A stretch of 63,737 nt of DNA, counting the filler, from Hyphochytrium catenoides (taxonomy: Eukaryota; Protista; Hyphochytriomycota), in NCBI GenBank assembly GCA_900088475.1. It is 13 parts of 13 records of this genome, joined end to end, with 100 filler letters (N's around TTAATTAATTAA, not from the genome) between each part and the next. Parts side by side here need not be neighbours in the genome. Positions count along the whole stretch, not along the records: positions 1 to 21,967 come from FLMG01001732.1; 12 more parts are not named here. One strand, given 5' to 3'. The notes under the pieces are model-generated. The model was not told the DNA's origin, did no database searches, and worked only from the letters and a program-made list of their open reading frames with translations. Position 1 is the first letter of the stretch. Each line of letters opens with the position of its first letter. The position numbers and the translations under genes were made by a program. Of this stretch, positions 1-14,326 are shown one piece after another.

Positions 1-41
1 TCTCTCTCTCTCTCTCTCTCCCACACACTCACTCACTCACA

Positions 42-81
<40 letters not shown>

Positions 82-358
82 CTCTCCTTTGCCTCTCTTC
101 CTGATGCCTCTCTCCCTGATCACTTTTACCCTGTCAAACACCTTAGAAGCGCCAAGCGACACAGCATGGACGCCGTTGGCGCACTCTTGCCTGCCCTTTA
201 ACTTTCAATCCCCGGCCAGTGACAGCGAGGAGGTAAACAGCCAAGCCGGGAGGCTCCACAACCAACAGCAGAGGATAGCTAAGGAGGGCAGCGGCCGTGG
301 TGGCAGAAGATAGGGACGAGGAATAGTGGGAGGAGACCGTCACTAGTGGTGGAGCACC

Positions 359-3300
359 ATGGAGCTTCTGAAGCCCCTTGAGGCCTTTGCCGGAGCCTTG
401 GAAGGCTCAGGGCTGCAGCCTCAGCAGCATGTTCGGCTGCTGAGGGCTCACCTGGAGAGCATGTTGGCCCTGTCTGCGTCATTCTCTACCTTGGACTGCA
501 GCCGTAAGGCACTAACCTCATCTACTTCTTCCAGGCTCTTTTTCTTTATCTTATCTGTTCACCTCCTTCCCTAGGCACAGGCCTGGCTGTCTCTTGCGCT
601 AAGTGCCTCTCTTGCAATAGGCACCCCTCGCCTCTGCCTTCTGATAGCTCCTCCCCGTTTGGTCTTGAAGGTGACCCCTGCCCCGTACCAGTGTCGTCGC
701 TCTCTGACCAGCTAGCTTCTCTTCTCTGTGCAGTGGAGCCTGATGTCTTCAAGCGACTAATAGAGCAATTCCAAGCGGCACTGCATCAGCGGCAAAGCAA
801 AGCTGGGCGCCATAAAGCAGAGACAGAGCTTGGAGCTCAAGATAGTCCGGCCTCCGGCTCTGCTTCCGCTTATTTGGCGCCAGCCGCTCTGCTAAGTTAT
901 CTTCTGGCACATAAGTCCAAACAACCGAAGTGGAGCCCTGAGGTAGTGAGAGTGACGCCCTCATCTCTACACTAATTGTCCCCGCTCCTCTTGCGCTCTC
1001 TCTCTCTTCCCCTCCTCTCGGTCCCTCTGCCTTGCTCTGCCTCTGTCTCGTTCTCTCTCTCTCTCGCACACGCAGAACGGACTTTCTCATGGAGGCTTTC
1101 TCCTCCTCTCTTTTTGGGAGACCTCTTACGCAGTGCGTCTTATGCAGCCTATTATCTAACGGTTCTCTCCGTCCCTTCCTTTTCCCCCGTTGTCTCTCTC
1201 TTTTTCTCTCTCTCCTTGGTTCTCTCTCTCTCTCTCTTGCAACCAATGGATTCATCAATCTCTTCGTTGTCATCTCGATGCACAGGAGAGGAGAAATTTT
1301 CTTCTAGACTATGTGGAGGGAGTCATTCTACCGCTTCTGTCACTTTTCTCTTCTGATAGCCATGGCACTTCAAGCACCACTGCCTATGACCTCCTGGCGT
1401 GGGCAACGGAGGGCCTGGAAGGAGAAGAGACGACGGCGTTCTCTCTCTCTCTCGTGAAGACTGCCATTGACCTTGTCGGACAAGCTGCAAAGTCAAACGA
1501 GAGAGAAGAAGAAAGAGTAGACGATCCTATCAAGGGCCAGAGTTCTCCTTCTCCCCTCGTCCTTCTTGACCTTGTCGTCTCCCTTAAGAGAAGAGACAAG
1601 GACGAAACGCTTTTGTCTGATAGACTAACAGAAGTTCGACACAGTGTTCTGAATGGCGTGAGGTCCGTCGTACGGTCTAGACGCAAGGTAGGCCACGCCT
1701 GCTGTCACTCTTGTTCCCGCAGGGTGCTCTGCTCCCGCATTTTCAACTCTTCCTCTCTCTCTCTCTCTTTGCATCTGTCTCTCTTTCTCTCTTTTTCTCT
1801 TCTCTGTCTCTCTACATTCCCCTTCTGTCTATTTTCTTCGCTGCGTCCCTATCCTCCACCATCTACCACCTCAAGCTCCTGACTTGATTCCTATTCAGCA
1901 ACTACTCCAAGAGCTGCTGCAGCAGGACCTGTTGGAAGTCCTCCTACGAGACCAATCAGCTGTGATAGAGCTCTGGACCGACCTCAAGTGCACCTACAGC
2001 TTCCCAGACCTCTCACTTCCCTCGTCCCCTGCGCTCACCCTTTCTTGGTCGGAGCTGAAAGCAAAGCTCACATCTGGAGGCACCTTAGTCCAGGATATCA
2101 AGAATGCCGGCCCGGAAGTCTTCTCTCTTCTGCGCCTACTCTTCTTATCTCACAGGACATCTCTGCGCGTAGACCCTGACTTCTGGCAAGCTATTAAGGC
2201 TGGCTTAAGTTCATCTGATCCTCTAGTCCGGAAGATTGCCTTTGATATGCTTAGCACAGCTACGGCCGCTAAGGGAGACTTAGCCTCAGAGGGAACTGGT
2301 GGTGGAAAGAACGAAGAAAAGAGAATAGAAGCAAGAGACAGGAGAAGAAGGTGGTGGGAGTCCTTCGTCCTTGTCCTTGATATCTTCGAGCGGGAGCTCC
2401 AGCCGCATCTGGTTAATCAGGTAGGCTCATAGTGCCGTGCATCTCCATCTAGCTCTGTGTGAGGCCCAAACTTTGGTAGGTGGCTTATCCTGGGCGTAGA
2501 GGTCTTGTGCTTGTCGACTTCATGAACGAAGTTACTTATGTTTTCTCATCAAACTGGCAAAATTGGAAATCAGGTCTGGCCCTCGTTTGATAGGCTGTGG
2601 GCAGAGCTTTCCGAGTTCATAGTTGAAGAAGAGAAGGCTAAGAGCCCAGCGACAATGGTGGCTTGTGGGCTTCCTATCCCTAATGCTACCTGGCTCTCAG
2701 TTCTCCTGGAGGTACAAATAAGCTGCTTGATCTACAACATTCGCTTGCACGTCGTCCCCATCTTCCGGGCGGAGCTTGACTTCCTGCCTTGCTGTCGACG
2801 CTCCCTAGGGCTGACCTTGACCTCCAAAAGTACCTGTCTTCAGTTCAGAAACTTAACGAGCTCATTTTTTCTTTTTTTTTCTATGTCGCCGCTCGCGCTC
2901 TCAATCCTTAAACTGGAACTGTAGCGCGGCTTCTACCACGAGGCAAACGTAGTTCGACGCTTTATCGTCCACTCTATCTTTACTTACGGCTCGAAGCGCA
3001 TGGAAGACCTTCTCAACCGCATTTCCTCTTCACCGCCAACGCCAGCCCTGCCGCTGCTTCCGTCCTTATTTGTCTTGGGCCCTCTACTGCACTCTGTGAA
3101 TACCAACACTGCTATCTGGTACTATGGCGACATGGATATGAGAACGCCATTTATAAGGTGAGAAGTAGAGTGTGCGGCAATTAACGTGCAGAGACTAAAG
3201 GGGCGCGCTCTTGCTTATGCTACCTCTCCAACTGAGGACATTCCACAATTTATTTGGGTCCCCACAGCCCCGGCTGTCCAACGCCTCTGACTGACATCCA

Positions 3301-6300
3301 TTTTTCTTCTTCAGCTTCTTCCGTGCGTACTTCCTCTGTCTTACGCCTGATAAGAGAGAAGAGTTCTTGCAGCTATTGCCGCTTGCTCTCTGTCAGTCAC
3401 ACTATGGAAGTAATGGAGGAGGATGCCCAGAGGCTTTGGCTGCCCAGGTGGTTTCGTGTCATTGGACATTATTGCCAACTATCAGTCCTTCATGCTCTCT
3501 ATTCATTTTCTCTCTTATAACTGTTACTGTTGGTCACTTGTCAATCTGTCTGTCTGATGCCGCCGTCTCATCATGGGCGAGACTCTTAGGGGAGACTGCG
3601 TAGAAGTTCTAAAAATCTTGGCCACCTCTATGGAGCTTTTGCCTGAATGGAGGTGTTCGGTCTCATCTCATACCTTTTCCCCTCTAGCTAGAATTCCTTG
3701 CGGAATGCGAGCCCACTCCTGCCTTTAATGGCGAGACGGTGGAGGTCTTCCGATGGATGCTCGGCGCGCATGTGTTACCCAGCTATACCAAGAGATATAA
3801 GGTTATGCCCGCTTCATTCTCCGTAGTCGATCCTTCTTATAAGCTTTGGTTTCCTTTCTAAGAAAAGGCCGCCAGTAGGTTCTAATTCCTTTTTGCAATG
3901 CGCCTATCTCTAGTTACCATCGCGCTTCCCACCCGCTCTGTTTTATCGCGCTTGCTCTGACATATCTCTCTGTGATCGCTGTTGACTCGCGATTCATGAC
4001 AGGAAGCAATCATCAAGAATATTTTGGTTGCTTTGCAAAAGCATACCAATGCTATAGAATTAGTCGAGGTGAGAAGAAGCGCCTGCACGTGCTCACAGCA
4101 CTGCCTCGTTGGTCATTGCAACCTCTCCCTCTCAAGTCCCCGTGTGTACTTTTCTCTTCAGTAAAAGTTTTAAGAGAGTCTGCATAAGTGAAAAAAAAGT
4201 CAGCAGCCCCGAACTAATACTCTGCCCACCGCGTTCGCGGCACCCCTGCTCACGCTTTTGGTGGTATAGTTTGTGCGGCTTCTTGAAATCCTCCCAGTTT
4301 GGGCCCTGACATGGGGGACCCCGACCTACGAAGCCATCAACGCTTGGCTCATGCAGTACTTCCGTCAAGAAGAAGGTGGAAGAGCGAAGAAAAATCGCAA
4401 GGGAAAGAAGCCTGCTCTGTCTCTGGCGGATACCTTGAAGCGGGAAGTGCAACACATCTGCAAAGGGTGAGTAGCTTTTCGCGTCGCCAGTAGGAAGATT
4501 TTCTTGGTTGCTTCCCGTATTCTTTAGTAGCGCTAATATCGTCATCTATTGACTCTCTTTTGGCGCTCTCTGCCCTAGATCCTCTCTGCAGCTCTCAGTT
4601 TCTGCAATTGCTTTGCTCTTTCTATTCTTGGAGCCCGCAGAGCTATTTGAGGTGTTTGATCCTGCACTGACAGAGTTGGATAAGGTGAGACTTACAAAGA
4701 AGGACGTCGGCCCATTAAATAACGATAGAGTTGCCTTCAGCGGCATACTTGCTCCTAATGCTGTTGCTCTCCACTACACGGCTTCTGTTTCCAGGGCAAT
4801 TCTCACACCTATGTCAAAGAAAGCGTCTACAAGTCTCTTGCCTCGCTTTGCAACTCCGTCTTAGGGCTACTCGAGACATCAAGCGCTAAACCCGAGGTGA
4901 GCGAGAGAGAACATTCAACCCCGTTGGCGTCTCAGTCGGTGTTGAACTTTCACTGTTGGGCACGCCTCCTGACTTTTAGTCTGCCACCGGCTGCTAAAGC
5001 CGTTGNNNNNNNNNNNNNNNNNNNNNNNNNNNNNNNNNNNNNNNNNNNNNNNNNNNNNCTTCAACCACGGCTTTCCAGACTCAGGGTTCTGCAAAACATG
5101 GAGCAGCATGACTTGGAAGAAATCGATTTGTTAATGCAGGTACTTGCCTGCTTTGGTTACCAACAAAGTCTACCAACCAGTGCTAACCTTCTCGGCCCTG
5201 CGGTGCGTCACTGTTCCCACGCAGCTGACAGCTCGTTTCTTTTGGGCTTGCGCGGGCATGCAGCTTGTGGAGACATTCTTCCAGGCAATTATGATGGACT
5301 TGTCCATGACCTTCTCTGGGCCACAAGGTAAGCTGCCTCTTTGTAAAATATCTCTCTTTCTACCCATTGCGCTCTTTGTTCATACCAGGACTCCAAGTTC
5401 CACGGATGGGCTTTTCTCTGCCTTTCATCAAAATGCCACTTCTCTATTTGTTCCGCCGTCTCTGGGCAGTGCTCCTCCAGCCATTCCACTCTGCAAGCAT
5501 CGCATCTTTCCTTACGCCGCACGTTGACGCTTGCGGGCTATTAACTCTTCATTATAAGATTCTTCGCTAGAGGACCAGGTGCGCCGAGCTCTATGTTGTG
5601 AAGCTGTCGCAAAAATTGTCTCATCAAATAGCGCTCGGCTCGACATGTGGACCAGAAATGACTGGGTACCTGCTGCTTCCCTGCTTCTTCGTTCCATCTA
5701 CCTGATGGTCAATCGAGTGCCCTCTTAGGCGGACTCTCATTGACTCGCATGTATTGGTGAATCCTGTTCTCGGTCCAACAGCGCTAACACAATCTGAACC
5801 TCCGCCATATGACTTACAGTCTTTTTTTTCTTCTGAAGTACCTTATAGGGTCAATCTTGTGTCTTGTTAGCGCCATCTGTTGACGCTTCCTTTTTCCATT
5901 ATGCACCGTGAACCTTTCTGCATAGAATGTTACCTAAGCTCTCACACAGAATGCCTTGAGTAATAACCCTCCTTCACTTCATTCAGGTAAAGGTGCTAAC
6001 GAAGCCCCTCTTGCCTCGAAGTCGTGGAGGAGCTGGGAAGTGGTCAAAAGTCCTTAGCAGAATGGAGGAGAATCGTTGGAAGATTGTGGAGTTTCTTCTC
6101 GCTCCTAAGCCCCGAAAGAGAAAGAATAGGCCTGTGGAGCTCTGGATGGCGGCTGATCCTTCCCTAGTAGCCGAGATAAACAGACAGGCTCCCGAGCCTC
6201 CCGCGGCGGATCTCCCACAAAAGCAGTTTGACCTTGTCTACAGTGCTGTGTTAGAGGGATTAGAGGTAGCCACGTAAGTCCAGTGCCGTGAAAAATAAGA

Positions 6301-9300
6301 GTTGATGTCGCTACCTCCTCTTCCACCTGTCTCTGATGGATCTCTGTAGGGGATCTCCAGAGGCGATCGTTCCATTGTTTAACGTCTGTGGCACTTTGCT
6401 GCCCAAATTAATTGAACCGGCGGACCACATCGACGGCGATGAGGAAGCTGCGGGACCAACGGCGAAGGTCTTGGCTTGTTCTTGAGAGCTGCGTACCCAT
6501 GATTCCCTGACACCGGTTGTTATTATGCTGCTGCTTGGTGTGTAACGCAGGAGGAAGAAGAGCGCGAAAGGATAGAGGGCATTTTTCAGCGCTTGTGGAC
6601 GGCCTATCAGGACTCCGCGAAGAAGCCTCGAAAGGTATTCCTTTGTCTTCGGAGTTCTTGTGGGTGCGGGGTTCTTCTTATCCGCCTTCAATTCATCTCC
6701 TGCCTTCCTTAAGGCTAAGGCCCTTTATTGCTTTGCGTCTGACTTGCTTTCTTCTCCCCGCACCTTTTCTAATGGGCCGAGTAAATTGTATCTAAAAGCA
6801 TGCTGACCTTGTTCCTCTAACCTCGCGTGTTAGTTAACTGAGGCCTTGGTGCGCTGCGTGTTCCAACCGGCACTGATGAGGAAGAAGTCTCTTAATGAGG
6901 CTGAAGCTGCCCCAGTGAAGGTGGGAAAGAACATGACAGAAATTCCGAGGGAGCAAGCGGTGGATGGTTAGCTCGAGCTGATGTTTCTGGAGACAGTAGC
7001 CAAAGCATGGGAATGACGGTCGATTCGTTATCGAATCTAATTCGCTTGTGTCTCTAATCTATATGCAGGCCTTCTTCCTTCGACTGCTTGCTTGGGGCCG
7101 ACCACTTCATCCTTTGGTTATTAGAAGTTTGGCTCTAAGAGTTTGTGAGGTGTGGAGGGCGGAGCCACTGGCCGCCACCTACTACGTCAAGGAAATCTTA
7201 GAGCTTTGTACATACAGAGGTAGGACTGCAGTTGGACCGATATAGTCTTGACTCCTTCATGTCTTCCCTAAACCTTGATCCTCCGTCGAGTGTGCCACCA
7301 ACCTCACTGAGCGCTTCCTGTGTTCTTATCTCACAGAGGAGCCGCAGCGGGGCGATTTACTGTCAATTGACGAGGTGGACTTAGAGGAAAGTGCAGGAGT
7401 CGAACCGGTCTGTAACCTGCCGCTGACTCTCCTCCGGCACTTATTTCCTCTCTATCGGCCCCTATTAGACCTTCTGAGGCACTCATTGTCTCCGATGTCT
7501 GTTTCGTAGGCTCGCACATGGGTCCGCGTTATCGTGACTACCTTTTTGGACACACTTCCTCTCCGACACTCTGGTTATGATGGGAAGGTGCTTTATTATC
7601 AACCAAACTCTCCATCTGAGATGGCTCTTCAGGCCCGACTGCAGGACTTCATCGACACCTTGGTATGTTCGATCTTTTTTGAATGCTTCCGCTATACCTG
7701 AGGCCGTTTCTTAGCAGAAGCAGGATATCTCAGAGCGTCACGCTATCGCTTTCTTCCCGCTAGTGTCGAGCTTAACCGTTTTCCTGGGCAGGTTCTGTTG
7801 ATCCTGAAGCAAAACTCCTCTGCAGCGATGTCTAAGGTTCCCATGGTCAACTCAGCGCTCTTTGGGCTTAAACTTCGTTCTCTGCAAACCCTTTGCGTTA
7901 TATCCAAGTACATCAAAGAGGTAGGCTGCGGCTTTTCATAGCTTGCATCAGTCTGTCTCTTCCCTGGTTCTGCCACCCGATGATGGGGACGGTTAGCTGA
8001 TACATCCTGGCTCTTCATTTTGGCTACAGGCAACAGTAGACGAGGTGAACGCTACGCTTTGGGCACTTCTTGCGCAAACGCACCTCCCTGTAACGCGGTA
8101 CTACGTGGAGCTCGTCTGTATCCAGGTCTGACTTAGCGTATGGTGCTAGCCCCTTGCTCCTCCGTCGCTGGCACTCTCACATACTCGACTTCAAGGCTGT
8201 GTCCAAATGCATTTGAAGTGATAGGGCCCTAGGCAACGAACAAAAGCTCGTTTGTGGGGTCTATGGGATGAGCGCTGATCTACTTAGGAATAGTCATTGT
8301 GCTTTCCCATAGGTCATACTCGCTTACTCAGGCCGACGCGCGCTGATGTCGTTGCCCTGCGCTCTACCTGCTTGCAATGTGTTTCGTAGATGTGTCTCCG
8401 CTTTCCTGCCCGGACAATCCGTCCGCATTTGCTGCCTGTCATGCAGAACCTTCGGACGAGAGGCCAAGTAGCAGCCTCCGTTCTTATTGTTGGCGCTTAT
8501 GTTCTGAGAACAATGGACAAGGAGGAGAAGGACTACAAAGAATATAGGAATGAGGTACGGAGTACCAGATAACGTGCGCAGCGGTGACAAGCTCCTGTCT
8601 ATGAACTTCCTCTTGTTGAGCTTCTATTACCTTTTCTTCATCTTTGGCGCTTAAGCTTAAACAAGCCTCTATACTTTATGCTCTGCTGTATCTAATTCCT
8701 GGGGACACCCATATCAACTGGTGGTCTTCATCTCTTTCTCTCACCGCTACTTGTCCTTTTGCCTTCCTTCTTTGTATCTGGGGAATTTTGCAGCTTGTCA
8801 AGAGCGTCCTCCCCTGGTTGGGGTCATCGACAGGGGTTGCACGGGTTATTGCCCAGTTGGTACTGACTGAGAAACTTCCAGAATGTGTGGCAGAAGATGG
8901 TACCGATTCTCTTTTGTCACTTTCTCTGGCTCCACTTCTAAGTAGCCCTCTGGCTGCTGCCAAGCTTCGTCTTCTCTGGTCCTATTTCGGAACCTATATT
9001 ATTTACAATTCTTCCTTAATGCTTCAACCTGGTGGGTCGCGACCCCTCATCTGACGTCCATGGCTTCTATCCTAGTGGGGAAGGGCACTTTGGACGCTGA
9101 GTACTTGCGCAGTACCTGCGACTTTTTGCGCAACAACCGTGATATCTACAAGCTCATTGAGAAGCAAAGAAAGATGTTTGACGAATTGGAGCCAGCCAAA
9201 GGTTGCTCTCTTGAGGTGAGCTTCGCTTCAATCCCTCCACTATCGCGTGTGCAGAGTTCTCGAGAATGACCGAGCAGTAATGTCAACACTAAGTCCCATA

Positions 9301-10832
9301 CCTATCCTTGTCCTGCCTTGAACGTGCTATCCTTACTCACCCCTCATGACTTTCCTTTATCCTCTTTCTCGATGCCCGTCTTCTGGACAGGCCCTGTTAT
9401 CCTCGCCTGTAAATGGTGTCAATGAGTTCACTCCTCAACCGCTGGTGGAAATGATGAAGGAAGCCATGATCGATAGATTCAATGCAGCCAACGAAGTATG
9501 TGAGACCGAAAAATGATGCACGGCATTTGTGGTGTCTTATGTCTCCGGGATTAAAGACCAATTTTTAAGGCGAGGGCAGACAAAAACGAGGAGGGACCTT
9601 TCCAGAAAGGCTAGCTCACTGTCAAGCTAACGCATGATCTGCGTACATGTAGGCAGGAGAGATCGAGTGTGGGTTGGCAGAAGTCTACTTCAAGAAGTTG
9701 CGGCTAGGAGAGGAGGACGATCTTAAGAGAGCTGCGGAGGGCAGTAACGAGCGTCAAGACATTCAACGGAAAATCGATCCGACCGCTGTCTTGGACCGGC
9801 TCATGGACAGCTCCGTGGGCCTGTTGGAGAGAGAGCAGCTGGAGGCCAAACCGAAGCAGGACCTGATCGTCGTTGCCAGGTTGATCAAAACTCGTCGCCT
9901 TCTGGAATGTTTCCTAGTTGGTCATTGTATGCCTTCCCCTCCATGATGCGGCTCGGCTTCTTCTAATGGTCATCCTCTTGCACCGTGTCTGCATTGGATA
10001 GAAGCCGTATGCCTCTTGTCTCTTCCTATCCGCTTGAGGGGGTCAGAAGAGTCTCAGTCTATCCTCTGGGGTCACCTGGCATTCGAGATGGTGCATTGGT
10101 TAACCCTTAAGACTCTGATATCTCTATACTTAACATTCCCCCTGCCATGTCGTAGCCTCGTAGACAAGATCCCCAACCTTGCAGGTCTTGCCCGAACCTG
10201 TGAGATCTTTGGTGCACAGAAGCTGATTGTGGGAAACCTGAAACTAAGGGATGAGCCCCTATTCTCACAGATCTCCGTCACGGCAGAGAAATGGGTCCAG
10301 ATGGAAGAGGTAAACGGGTCTTTGCCGACCTTGCCCCTCGAGCTTCTGCAATTCACATTTCCTCTTCTCGTCTTCGGACCGTTAGGTGAAGGAGGATGAG
10401 CTTGCTCGATACTTGCGAAAGTGCCGAAGCGACGGCTACAAAGTGATCGGAGTAGAGCAGACGGCCAATAGTCAAAGTCTAGAGAACTTCAACTTCCCCT
10501 CGAAGGTAAGTGGGCTACTCGTCTTCATCTCGTTTTCTTCTCACCGTGAGCCCACGGACTGACCACGATAATGGTCCAGGCGGTCCTTGTGCTCGGGAAG
10601 GAGAAGGAGGGAATACCTGTCCACTTGCTAGGACTCTTGGATTGCTGTGTGGAGATCCCTCAGCTGGGCATCATCAGGTATAAAAAATGGGTAAATTCAT
10701 TACGCTGTTCCTTCCCTACTTAGTCATTGATGTCATTGACCAACTGGCAGGTCACTTAATGTCCATGTGAGCGGCGCCATACTCATCTGGGAGTATACGA
10801 GGCAGAGACTGAGGGCCGGTTCTTCGCGATGA
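359..10832 (+). CDS. TRM3: tRNA (guanosine-18-2'-O)-methyltransferase, Trm3/TARBP1 family; multi-exon, long helical N-terminus and C-terminal SpoU domain
   Basis: Spliced 3' exons read DLIVVA|[26 protein letters not shown]...ISVTAEKW...[10 protein letters not shown]...[31 protein letters not shown]|[27 protein letters not shown], with TGA ending at 10832. These are SPOUT motifs 1-3 as in Trm3/TARBP1; IQRKIDP at ~9760 precedes the domain. Upstream coding exons with GT-AG junctions run back to ATG 359. The start and some internal junctions are uncertain, and there is a gap at 5006-5058. Confidence 0.9.
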
Positions 10833-11053
10833 GGCTAGTTAGCTCTGGCTCAACTATTTATGACTTAGTAGTACAGGCTGTAATTATGGAGGATCAAACC
10901 CAGAGCAGGCTTGTGCTCTTTCTTACCGCTTTCCAAATACTGTCCAACAACCAGTGGTCCTACCCCTGGTCAATAGCTCCTACTCTATCCAACAAGCAAA
11001 AGTGCCACTTAGGATCGCATTCTTAGGATTGTGTCCCGGCTCAGGGAGATAGA

Positions 11054-14000
11054 CTAAGGAAGTAAGCGCTCATCATGAGACATTAGAGGGACAAGACGTA
11101 TTAATGGGCGACGTAAACTGATAGCGTCGCAGTATGCAAAGGAATTATACGTTTCCTGGACAGCAGACAGCTCAGAGTCAGAGAGAGAGAGAGATGTCCG
11201 TGGACTCTTTCCCGTTTGTCCATCTAGCAGCTCTCCTCCCACGATAAACTGTAGCTCCACTATCCCAGCTCTCCTCTTTGTAAAATATGCACTGTGACTC
11301 TCTGTCTGGCTTGCCCCACTCTTGTTACGGAAGGAAGTCGGCAGCATCCAGCTTTCTAAGGTAGGACGCACACTGCGCATTCTGCTGTTCGTCTCTGGGA
11401 TCCGCACCCTCTTGGTTCCAGGGTGCCTCATTCATGACCCGAACGGCATGCTTCCTGATTGCTTGCTCTACGATGTTTCTCACGGCTCTGCCGTTCCCGT
11501 CTCTGATGGCTGCAACGGAATCAAAAAGTGCCTGGGCAAGGGAGGGAAGGCCATTCTTACGTGAGTGAAGGATGTGCGGTAAGAGACCAAGGAGCAGAAA
11601 GTGTAACGAGGAGCAAGTTGGATGAATAAATGCAAGAGTCTATCAGGAGGCAGAAGGCAGGAGCTGCTCGGGCCCTACACCAGCAGAGTCAAAGGAGAAG
11701 AGAGGTCGAGCCCCAGGGAATCATGACGAGCCATAAGCCTGAGCCCAGCTCGAGAAAGTGCTGGCCTCAGAGGAAAGACGACCGCTCTACGTTCTCACTT
11801 TCTCTCCCCTCCTGGTGAGCTGGTAGCCCTTCTCTATGATCTGGTTCGCCGCCATATAGTAGAGCTGAGGGCTACTGAAGTCCGCAAAGTGGAAGACATG
11901 AGGGAATCGTGACCTACAGCGCAATGACCATCGATCAATAAGTCCTTGCAGAGGGAGAGAGAGAAAGCGGGGACGCAAAGAGAGAAACGAGAGACCGGGA
12001 AGAAAAGAGAGAGGAAGGAAAAAACGGAGAGAGAGATCATATTGAGAGAGAACATGACCAACCGAAGCCTGCCAATGAAAGAGACAACGAGGAGCCTTAA
12101 GCCCTTAGACGGCAGGAGGCTGACTACTATCAGGAGAGAGGAGGCACTCTACCTCAGCCCAGGGTTCCTGCTAAGAAGCTTCTGCATTTCCTCAGGGTAT
12201 CTGATCGTAAGAGATCGGCGTACGCAGAGAAGGAGAGAAGCCCGACCAGAATAAGGGACGTAGATAATAGCTGATCAGAGCTGCGCACGCATTACGCCGA
12301 AGAATGTATTTTCTAAGCCTTACCCAGCCAAGATGACTAGCAACCTCTCCCTGTGGTCCTCCATGAACTTAACCAACGTGTCCAGAGCTTCCCTGGTCGT
12401 TGGTGAGAGCGTTAGAGTCAAACAGTAGAGAGTGGAAACAGACAATATTAGCACAAAGAGAAAGAATCAAGTGAGTAGGAGATATTGAGCTTATAGCCTT
12501 TAAGAATAGAGAAGACAAATAGAGAGTATGTAAGAATAGCTAAACGTACAAGGATAGAGAGGCGAGTGAGCGAAAGGCGGGAGAGGAGAGAGAGCGGGAG
12601 AGCATAAGAGCGACGGAAAGAGAGAGAGACAAAGGAGGAAAGAGAAAGAGAGGAGGGAGAGAAGGCAGAGAGAGAGAGAAAACAATGCACTAAGGAGAGA
12701 GAAAGAAAGTACAAGAGAGAGGAAGATAACATAAGCGAGGGAGACTAGTTAACTACCGTCCATAGCAGTCCTTAGCATCCGAGGCAAGCGAATACGCCTC
12801 ATCGATGAAGAGAACGCCATCAAGTGCACGCAAAGCTACCTCATGAGTCTTGAGAGCCGTTTGTCCTGCAGTAAGACAAGTTAGTGACGGCATTAGTGTC
12901 TGGCCGCCTCGCTCTGTCCCCATTGTTTACCTCTCGACCGCTTTATCTTTCACGTCACAGCAAAGTGCCACTCATGTCTCGCTATCTCTTGATCGCCCAC
13001 ATTTAAAGAGGTCTTTCCTAAGATTTTGCCCTGAAAGCATCAGGCCCTCCACCTGTTCTTATACAAGCGCCCTCTCAACAGACCAGTCTCTCTCGCTTCT
13101 CTGTCTCTCTCCTTCTCCCTGTGTCATTTGAAGCTTCTATGTCCCTAAGATTACCTTGGTAGCCTGCCACCAAGTCATTTCTGGATGATACCAAGCCAGG
13201 AAATAAGTCAGAAGAGAGAGGCATCAGACAAGATAGAGCAAGGCTGGCGTAAGTAGCACTCGTCGTCAAGAAAGAGTCGCATGTTCTTAAGATTTGACTG
13301 CAGGCGAGAAAGAGAAGACAAACTTTCTTGCTCCCTTCTTCCTTCTGTCCACTACCTGGAGACCTCTACGAGGTGACCTTTCCTCAGCACTCCGAGGAGC
13401 ATCAGCAATCGGCCGAGGAGACGTGCAGCGGTGGTCTTGCCAGTGCCTGGACTCCCTGTGAAGACCATGTGGGAGGGATACACGCGCTCTTCGGGCCTGG
13501 CGTACTGGGTCAAACAGTTCAATCCAGAGTTAGCCGAATAGTGAGGAAGGGGCCCAGAGAGGCAGTGGAAGAGAAGTTATGATGGCAAAAGTCCACGGAA
13601 GAGAGGAAATCTGCAGGACGGGATGGAGGAGGCGCTTACCCCGTGTTCCTTTCGTAGGGAAGTCATTTTCTGGCAGGCCCTGAGTGCTTGGACGTGCTTC
13701 TTAAGGTCTTCCAGACCAACCATCGCCTCCAGGGCTGCGATTTGCTCGCTCAAGGACATACTGTCACCTCGTGCTGCGCCCTCGTCAAGCCAAGGCGTTG
13801 CAAAGTCCTCCTCTTGTGAGCACACAATGGTGTTCGAGGAACAATGAGGAGAGACCCGGAGAAGAGCGAGAAGGAGGAAGGCGGAAGAGTGAGAGAGAAG
13901 GGAGATAGAGTTAGAAGACGAAAGAAAGTCATACAGACAGAAGAGACGGAAAGGACACCAAAGGAATGGGTAGAACTAGCATGAGCACCTATGAAGATGA

Positions 14001-14253
14001 ACAGCCCAGACATCGTCGGATACTGATATTGCTCTCTCTCTACCTCCTTCTACCTGTTAAGGTGACCAGAGTCTTTCGTGAGATAGTTCCTAGCTTCGCA
14101 ATGCGGCTTGACTGGCTCTGTATTGCTCGCTCTACCATAGACGCTGCCAGGTCTCGATTCTTCCTAACAGAGGAGGAGCAACGAAGATATGGGAGAGAGA
14201 GAGGGACAGACAGAAGACGAGGACGAGAGTGAGAAACGGAGAGGGATTAAGCC

Positions 14254-14326
<73 letters not shown>

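Noticed and set aside
359-9700. The very long N-terminal region of the methyltransferase as a novel fusion
   Set aside because: Trm3/TARBP1 proteins are normally very large, with a helical N-terminal region.
11370-13760. Calling the AAA+ gene a Rubisco activase cbbX or a bacterial contaminant
   Set aside because: It is split by many spliceosomal introns and fused to eukaryotic CAP-Gly/TRAF domains. There is no plastid-targeting N-terminus or Rubisco context.
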